Source of the DNA: Anaerolineae bacterium
GTDB lineage: Bacteria; Chloroflexota; Anaerolineae; Aggregatilineales; Phototrophicaceae
Assembly (NCBI GenBank): GCA_016789005.1
Contig: JAEURA010000254.1
Coordinates: 37,837-101,836 of the forward strand
DNA length: 64,000 nucleotides
Direction: 5' to 3'
Both the position numbers and the translations under genes were made by a program. How positions within the stretch are numbered: the first letter of the stretch is position 1; every line of letters begins with the position of its first letter. Below, in pieces: positions 58,773-64,000 of this stretch. Below the pieces are notes generated by a model. It worked only from the letters and a program-made list of their open reading frames with translations, did no database searches and was not told the DNA's origin.

Positions 58773-61616
58773 TCATCCTGACAGCCTCGTAAACATCCTC
58801 GAAGCGATTTCATGGAACACTTCGGCAAGCTCAGCGCCGCCTGAAGCGTTGAAGTAATTGCCGCAGTCCTGCTGCGGCGCGACCGGCTGGAACGTGCCAC
58901 CCGGATTCGCCGGGCTTACCGGCGTCGTCTCTTCGCAGGCGCCACGCGCGCCCCAGTCGGGCGGCGCATTGCCGATTCTGCCGCTGATCTGCGCCTGCCA
59001 GTAATCAGCATCGATCTGGAAGTTGTCGCCGACATCGGCGATGTAGCGCAGCAGCTCTTCGCCCAGATAATCCTGGCGCAGAATCTCCTGATGTGTCTTA
59101 TTCGTCCGCGGGGTCGTACCACGCATACAGGCAGCGTCACCGCCGCAGGAGACGGCGGTCCCGGCATCGTAGTTCAGCCCGAAGCCGATGGTGAAGATCG
59201 TCGGCAGAAGCTGATCCGAAAGGCGCGACGTCCCCGCATCATCGACGACCGCGCCGGGGAGATCGGACAGCCCGATCCAGTCCGCCCAGTCGCGGGCGTA
59301 GTCGTCCACGTCGTAAAACTGATAGCAGTTCAGCGGATAGTCATCCATGCGCAGCAGCGCCGGATTCACCGCCGTCGTGCCGCACTGCGTGCGGGTAGAT
59401 GGCTCCAGGTCCATGCAGTAAGGCGGAACGGTGTCGATCAGCAGTTCGCCATTGACGGCATCAGAGCCATAAGGACACACGCCATAAACGCCGTATGCTT
59501 CGTTCGGCAGCGGATAATCGGCAGGCGTATTCAGCGGGCTGTTGTTGCCCAAGGCGTTGAGCGGGTTGTTGTAGAAATTGCCGCTCACTTCGACCAGATT
59601 GTAGGGCTGCGGTTCAGACAATCCGGCATAGTCTCCGGTGCGGGTGACCGGGTCGCTCGCGCCTGCCGCACCGTCGCTCAGCAGCACCATGACCCAGACT
59701 GCGCCTTCACGGCGGGCGGTGGCATAAAGCGCATCCGCGCCGGCGCGCAGCGCTCCGCCAATATTCGTCCCTCGGCAGGAGCCGCGAAACTCATAGCTGA
59801 CGGAAGGCTTGCTGGTGGAACCAGTGTACCAGTGCGGAACTGAGTGAATGTCCGTCAGGAGCATCTGATCGTAGGGACGCGCCGAACCATCGGGCAGTGT
59901 ATCGTGCAGCGTCCAGAAGTTCCAAAGATTTGCCGAGTCGAATGGACAGGCGCCGCGCACCGGATTGTCTTTCAGATTGCCGATGAGCGTACCGTCGAGT
60001 CCATCATAGGTCTTGGGTGTGCCGTAATCGAGCAGGCTGTCCCACTGTCCGTCGTTGTCGGCGTCGTAGTAGGTGGAGTCTTCGGCGCGTACGCCAACCA
60101 TCGCGTTGAGCACGTTGTTCGCCCCGCGGCGCAGCAGCGTCGTGCCATCCGTATCGAACAGGTCGAATTCCGTCTCGATCATCGCCGACTGCAACCCATT
60201 GCCGTCCGGGTCGATGATGGTGGCAAAGCGGTCGAAGGTGACGAACGCCACACGGTCGCCGCGCAGGAAATCGAGGCGCGCCAGAAATTCCTCGGCGGCA
60301 TCGCGCGCTTCGCGGAAGGGCTGGCAGACCAGATCATCGAAGTTGAAATCGCCGTCGGGGTCGTTACAGCAGCCAAAATAATCGTACTGCGGCACGAAGC
60401 CGCTGAAGTTCTTGCTGAGCGACGGGTCATCGGCGTCTGCTGATGTTCCGCCGAACTGCTCGGCGTAGCTGGTGCCGAAATAGCCGTACAGCTCGGTGCG
60501 GAAATCCGCCTGCGCCGGTGAGCGCCCGCCGATGACGGAGTTCGGATACGCCCGGACGCGGCAGAATTCGCGCGGCTCCTCACGCCCGACCGGAGAACTC
60601 CCCGCGCCGGTGTACGCCTGCCACGTCCCCGCCGTCGCCCCCGGCTCGAACTTGACGACCGGATCGTAGATCGCCCAGCCAACGTCGTCGTCGCCATCGA
60701 CCAGGGTCCGGTCACAGTTAGCAGGATCGGCGGGAGCCGAAAGTGCCGAATAGATTGAAGAGTTCAAACCATCCACGCCACCCTGCGTGCTCAGAAGGAT
60801 CATCTCCCAGGGGTTGCACCGGCCCGGGGTGAGCGCATTGCCATCGGGATCGCTTTCGCCGCCAAAATCGTAGGCTTTGACGTAGGGCGGCATATAGCGC
60901 ACGCCCAGTCTGTCTCGACCGGCGTCACCCGTGTATTCCGGGATCATGTCCCAGTCATCGTAGGTCGTTTCATTGAGCATGGACTCCGAAACGTCGAAGA
61001 CCAGGACGACATCAATGACGGCGGTCTGCGACAGCGCCGACTCAGTCAGGGTGATCGTGTCGTAGCCCAGCAGCCGCATGAAGATGGTCGGCGCTTCGAT
61101 CTGCGCCGTCACACGCACGACTTTCAATTCATCTTCGGTGCACAATTCGCGATAGCGCCGCACATCGTCCTGGTTCGCGGCGAGGTTGGGCGTCCCGTCA
61201 GAATTGAACAGCGCCGTCCCGTCCCGGTCCAATGGCGCCTCGGTCACCGCATCGCGCGGGACCTGCTGGAAGCGGCAGGTCTCGACCAGCACGTCGGTCG
61301 GGCTTAAGCCGTACAGCTCGATGAACTCGCGCGCGGCAAGGCTGAGCTGGGCGACGCTTTGCGCTTCATCCTGGGCGATTCCATCGGTGGGAGTCTCATC
61401 GATGACGCGCCGCATCTGCCCCGCAGCCGCAACCGACGCCGCGTCGACCGCGCGCCGCATCGTGCTGTAGCGGATGAACAGCAGCGATACGTCGGTGACG
61501 ATGCCGACAAAACCAAGCAGCCCGATAAACCCAATCGCCAGCACAACGAGCGCCTGACCGGTCTGCCCTCTTCGGACAAAGTGCCTGGTTATCGCTGACA
61601 GAAAACGCTTCATCAT
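58773..61616 (-). CDS. tadG: TadG-like pseudopilin with vWA domain
   Basis: GQALVVLAIGFIGLLGFVGIVTDV prepilin motif, MIDAS DVSES, TNIGGAL, VLLSDG, FTIGFG. Confidence 0.85.
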   Translation of the reverse strand: MMKRFLSAITRHFVRRGQTGQALVVLAIGFIGLLGFVGIVTDVSLLFIRYSTMRRAVDAASVAAAGQMRRVIDETPTDGIAQDEAQSVAQLSLAAREFIELYGLSPTDVLVETCRFQQVPRDAVTEAPLDRDGTALFNSDGTPNLAANQDDVRRYRELCTEDELKVVRVTAQIEAPTIFMRLLGYDTITLTESALSQTAVIDVVLVFDVSESMLNETTYDDWDMIPEYTGDAGRDRLGVRYMPPYVKAYDFGGESDPDGNALTPGRCNPWEMILLSTQGGVDGLNSSIYSALSAPADPANCDRTLVDGDDDVGWAIYDPVVKFEPGATAGTWQAYTGAGSSPVGREEPREFCRVRAYPNSVIGGRSPAQADFRTELYGYFGTSYAEQFGGTSADADDPSLSKNFSGFVPQYDYFGCCNDPDGDFNFDDLVCQPFREARDAAEEFLARLDFLRGDRVAFVTFDRFATIIDPDGNGLQSAMIETEFDLFDTDGTTLLRRGANNVLNAMVGVRAEDSTYYDADNDGQWDSLLDYGTPKTYDGLDGTLIGNLKDNPVRGACPFDSANLWNFWTLHDTLPDGSARPYDQMLLTDIHSVPHWYTGSTSKPSVSYEFRGSCRGTNIGGALRAGADALYATARREGAVWVMVLLSDGAAGASDPVTRTGDYAGLSEPQPYNLVEVSGNFYNNPLNALGNNSPLNTPADYPLPNEAYGVYGVCPYGSDAVNGELLIDTVPPYCMDLEPSTRTQCGTTAVNPALLRMDDYPLNCYQFYDVDDYARDWADWIGLSDLPGAVVDDAGTSRLSDQLLPTIFTIGFGLNYDAGTAVSCGGDAACMRGTTPRTNKTHQEILRQDYLGEELLRYIADVGDNFQIDADYWQAQISGRIGNAPPDWGARGACEETTPVSPANPGGTFQPVAPQQDCGNYFNASGGAELAEVFHEIASRMFTRLSG

Positions 61617-61642
61617 ATCGATGCCCACTCAACTCGACTGGA

Positions 61643-62818
61643 TTACGGGTCAGGGAAAACGATGAACGGCTCGACCGCGGGAAGCGGGAACGCCGCCCAT
61701 ACGTAGATGATCATCTTGCCGTCTTCGTTGCCCACCGCAGTGAAGACGGGCGACAGCACCGGAATCTTCAGCAGCATCTCGTGTTCCCAATACATTTCGA
61801 CCAGCGAAATGCCCTGCCCCGGAATCATCGTGCGTGCGTCGTTATCGAGAATTTCGTAATTCGGAAGGTTGACCAGGTCCTCGATCCGGCGCATCGTCCA
61901 TTCCGAACCGACGCAGGCGGTTCCGGGAATCCTGTGGTTTCCGAACAGCGAAAAACCGACCTGCTTCTCGGCAGCGGCGACGCTTCCGGCAGGAACGTCG
62001 AAATCGCCTAGATCGCCGTGTTCGGTGAAGTCGTTGGAGCTGTCCAGGACCAGCGTCGCTTCGCGTTGGTCCCACTGATTGTTGTCATTGAGATCAAAGG
62101 GATCGCGCGGTTCGCGCGGCACAACGGCATAAACGCCGGGGGAAGTTTCGGCGACATCGCATTCATTAGTCTCTGCCGGGTAGCGTCCCACGACGACCAG
62201 CTGAGGGATATCACCGGCGACCGGGCGATCCACAGGGAGCCAACCGGAGAACGTGCGCGGATCGACGTTTTCCACCGCGTAGCCGGTCACAATAATGTCG
62301 TCAATATCGTTAGCCTCGTTGAGCGACAGCGGTTCCAGGGAGATCAGCATGGTGCAGATCACTTCATTGAAGAAGAGACGGTCCACCGAAGTGGTGTCGC
62401 ACGCGCCAGTACCAGCTGCCGCATCGACGGCATTCCAGCGATACCGCTCGCGGTAGGTGTCTTTTGATTTGGGTGGTATTTCCAGCGCCAGCGCATCTTC
62501 AGCGGCGGTGTACGCCATCTGGTAAGGCAGGTCCAGCTTGCTCCAGGGGACGAAGCTGAATTCACGGAACCAGGCATCGGCGATTGGCGACTGCTGGTCG
62601 ACCAGCGCGGTACCGCGGCGCGCCCCAGCGCGGGTCACATCCAGGATGGACAGGTAATTGTTGGCGAACCAGCCGATTTCAACCAGCCCGGCGAGCAGAA
62701 TGATCAACAGCGGCGTGACGAGCGCCAGCTCCACCATGCTCTGCCCCGCCTGCCGACGACCATACTCGGCGGGTGTGCCATCGAGGACCTGCAGGATTTT
62801 CTTCAGGATCGTGCGCAT
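61643..62818 (-). CDS. tadE: TadE-family pseudopilin, enlarged
   Basis: AGQSMVELALVTPLLIILLAGLVEIG, DATRVGARYG, C-terminal GMVLVELFWEHELL. Confidence 0.85.
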   Translation of the reverse strand: MRTILKKILQVLDGTPAEYGRRQAGQSMVELALVTPLLIILLAGLVEIGWFANNYLSILDVTRAGARRGTALVDQQSPIADAWFREFSFVPWSKLDLPYQMAYTAAEDALALEIPPKSKDTYRERYRWNAVDAAAGTGACDTTSVDRLFFNEVICTMLISLEPLSLNEANDIDDIIVTGYAVENVDPRTFSGWLPVDRPVAGDIPQLVVVGRYPAETNECDVAETSPGVYAVVPREPRDPFDLNDNNQWDQREATLVLDSSNDFTEHGDLGDFDVPAGSVAAAEKQVGFSLFGNHRIPGTACVGSEWTMRRIEDLVNLPNYEILDNDARTMIPGQGISLVEMYWEHEMLLKIPVLSPVFTAVGNEDGKMIIYVWAAFPLPAVEPFIVFPDP

Positions 62819-62877
62819 CACCAGTTCGCTCGTCTTGTGGAGATAAGCCGGGGAATCCTAGGGCTTCCCGCAGTTTC

Positions 62878-62888
62878 ATCATACCACA
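62878..62888 (-). promoter_or_regulatory. Possible extended -10 promoter of the tad cassette
   Basis: TGTGGTATGAT on the - strand (TGn-TATGAT) about 60 nt upstream of the first tadE; no clear -35. Confidence 0.4.
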
Positions 62889-62952
62889 GGCATCTCTGGC
62901 TTTGCGTCGTGCTTCTGTGCAGAAGTTGATAGAGAATTGTGTATAACGGAGG

Positions 62953-63654
62953 TCAGGCTTCGTCGTCCACCAGCACGCGCGCCTTGACCACATAGCCCCT
63001 ACCATGACGTGACTGAATGACCGCTGGACGTTCCGGGTCGTCCTCGATCTTGCGGCGGAGGTTGTGAATGTGATTGCGCACCAGCGCCGCATCGCCGACG
63101 CCTTTAGGATACTGCCACACGCCGGCAAGCAGGTCTTCCGTCGAATGCAGTTTGTGCGGGGCGCTGCACATATACTTCAGAAGGTCGAACTCGACACGGG
63201 TCAGGGTAAGTTCTCGGCTCTCCATGAATGCCCGAAACTGCGTAGGAACGATACGCAGGATCGGAACACTTTCTTCACCGTAGAGTGCCGACCGGCGGAT
63301 GTGCGCGCGGACCCGGGCGATCAGTTCGCGGGGCACGAATGGCTTGCGGATGAAATCGTCACCGCCAGAATTGAGTGCATCCACCACGTTATTGGAGGAT
63401 GTATTCCCTGTCAGGAAGATGATCGGCGTATTGGATGTCTGCGGGTGCGCCCGCAGTTTCCGGCACAGCGTGATGCCATCCATCTCTGGCATCATGGCGT
63501 CGATCACGAAAAGATCAGGCGTCTGGTCAGCAGTCTGCTCAAGCGCATCAAACCCCGAAGAGGCACGTTTTACCGTGAACCCTTCGCGGCGCAGCACAAG
63601 CTCCACCATATCCAACATCTGAATATCATCATCGACAATCATGATTTCGTACAT
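62953..63654 (-). CDS. OmpR/PhoB family response regulator
   Basis: IVDDD, IDAMMPEMDG, FLTG, KPF, LTRVEFDLL, VRNHIHNLRRKIE, GRGY. Confidence 0.95.
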   Translation of the reverse strand: MYEIMIVDDDIQMLDMVELVLRREGFTVKRASSGFDALEQTADQTPDLFVIDAMMPEMDGITLCRKLRAHPQTSNTPIIFLTGNTSSNNVVDALNSGGDDFIRKPFVPRELIARVRAHIRRSALYGEESVPILRIVPTQFRAFMESRELTLTRVEFDLLKYMCSAPHKLHSTEDLLAGVWQYPKGVGDAALVRNHIHNLRRKIEDDPERPAVIQSRHGRGYVVKARVLVDDEA

Positions 63655-63789
63655 TGTGCTACCCGACTTCGTAGTTCGAACTTGTATGAAGTATAGCTGG
63701 TCCAATGCAATTGCAGCATGGCGCTACCGTGAATAATTCATGAAATGCGCGGCGCTGAAAGGCTTCACCAGGAGGCAGTCGAAGCGCTT

Positions 63790-64000
63790 TCAGGTCGAAA
63801 TCATATAGCCGACCCCGTGAATTGTGCGGATGTAGCGACGCTGCGCGCTGCGCTCCAGCTTCGCCCGCAGGTTGCGCACGTGTGCGCGAACCAAATCGGG
63901 GTCGCCCGTGTTCGGCGGATACTCCCAGACTGCCTGGAGCAGGTGTGAAGGCGATAAAGCCTGGTTCGGATGTTCCATCAGATAGCGCAGCAGACGGTGC
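63790..64000 (-). CDS. OmpR/PhoB family response regulator, C-terminal winged helix (5' part outside window)
   Basis: HRLLRYLMEHP...VW.Y...DLVRAHVRNLRAKLE...IRTIHGVGY. Confidence 0.88.
   Translation of the reverse strand, partial: HRLLRYLMEHPNQALSPSHLLQAVWEYPPNTGDPDLVRAHVRNLRAKLERSAQRRYIRTIHGVGYMIST

Noticed and set aside
62898-62920. c-di-GMP-I riboswitch-like words (GCACAG...GACGCAAAGCC) on the - strand upstream of tadE
   Set aside because: Lacks GGCAAA and the GNRA-capped stem, and lies upstream of the candidate -10, so it is probably not transcribed. An Infernal search with the c-di-GMP-I model would settle it.

Overview
GC-rich bacterial chromosomal segment. The gene repertoire suggests Chloroflexota, probably Anaerolineae (inference): GT-C proteins, Pro/Thr-rich surface proteins, giant TadE/TadG proteins and a DHH-CBS tRNA nucleotidyltransferase. 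It holds about 54 protein-coding genes; I saw no rRNA, tRNA, CRISPR array or transposase. The left half is mostly housekeeping and carbohydrate metabolism: AAA ATPase, deacetylase, lipoate ligase, radical SAM-HhH, rpmF, fabD, rarA, GH31, comM, pfkA, ABC systems and pgi. Four regions stand out. (1) A three-gene signalling cassette at 53.2-55.6 kb, in which a NarL/LuxR response regulator carries a C-terminal HisKA/DHp domain (HELRTPL) resembling that of the neighbouring kinase, beside a single-domain receiver; this may be a compact phosphorelay. (2) A stand-alone cassette of three enlarged Tad pseudopilins at 55.7-62.8 kb, including a 994-aa TadE with two repeated Cys-bracketed modules of about 146 aa and a 250-aa Pro/Thr tail. 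(3) A seven-gene sugar catabolic operon at 30-38.8 kb (Fuc/Ara-type isomerase, ABC importer, atypical PFK-family kinase, class I aldolase-like barrel, GH4), next to a TauE exporter and reminiscent of sulfoglycolysis logic. (4) An extracytoplasmic redox operon at 45.9-50.6 kb: sulfite-oxidase-family protein, Tat-exported catalytically dead L,D-transpeptidase, CcdA-thioredoxin fusion, TlpA and DUF2085. All family assignments come from reading motifs by eye; no database searches were run.
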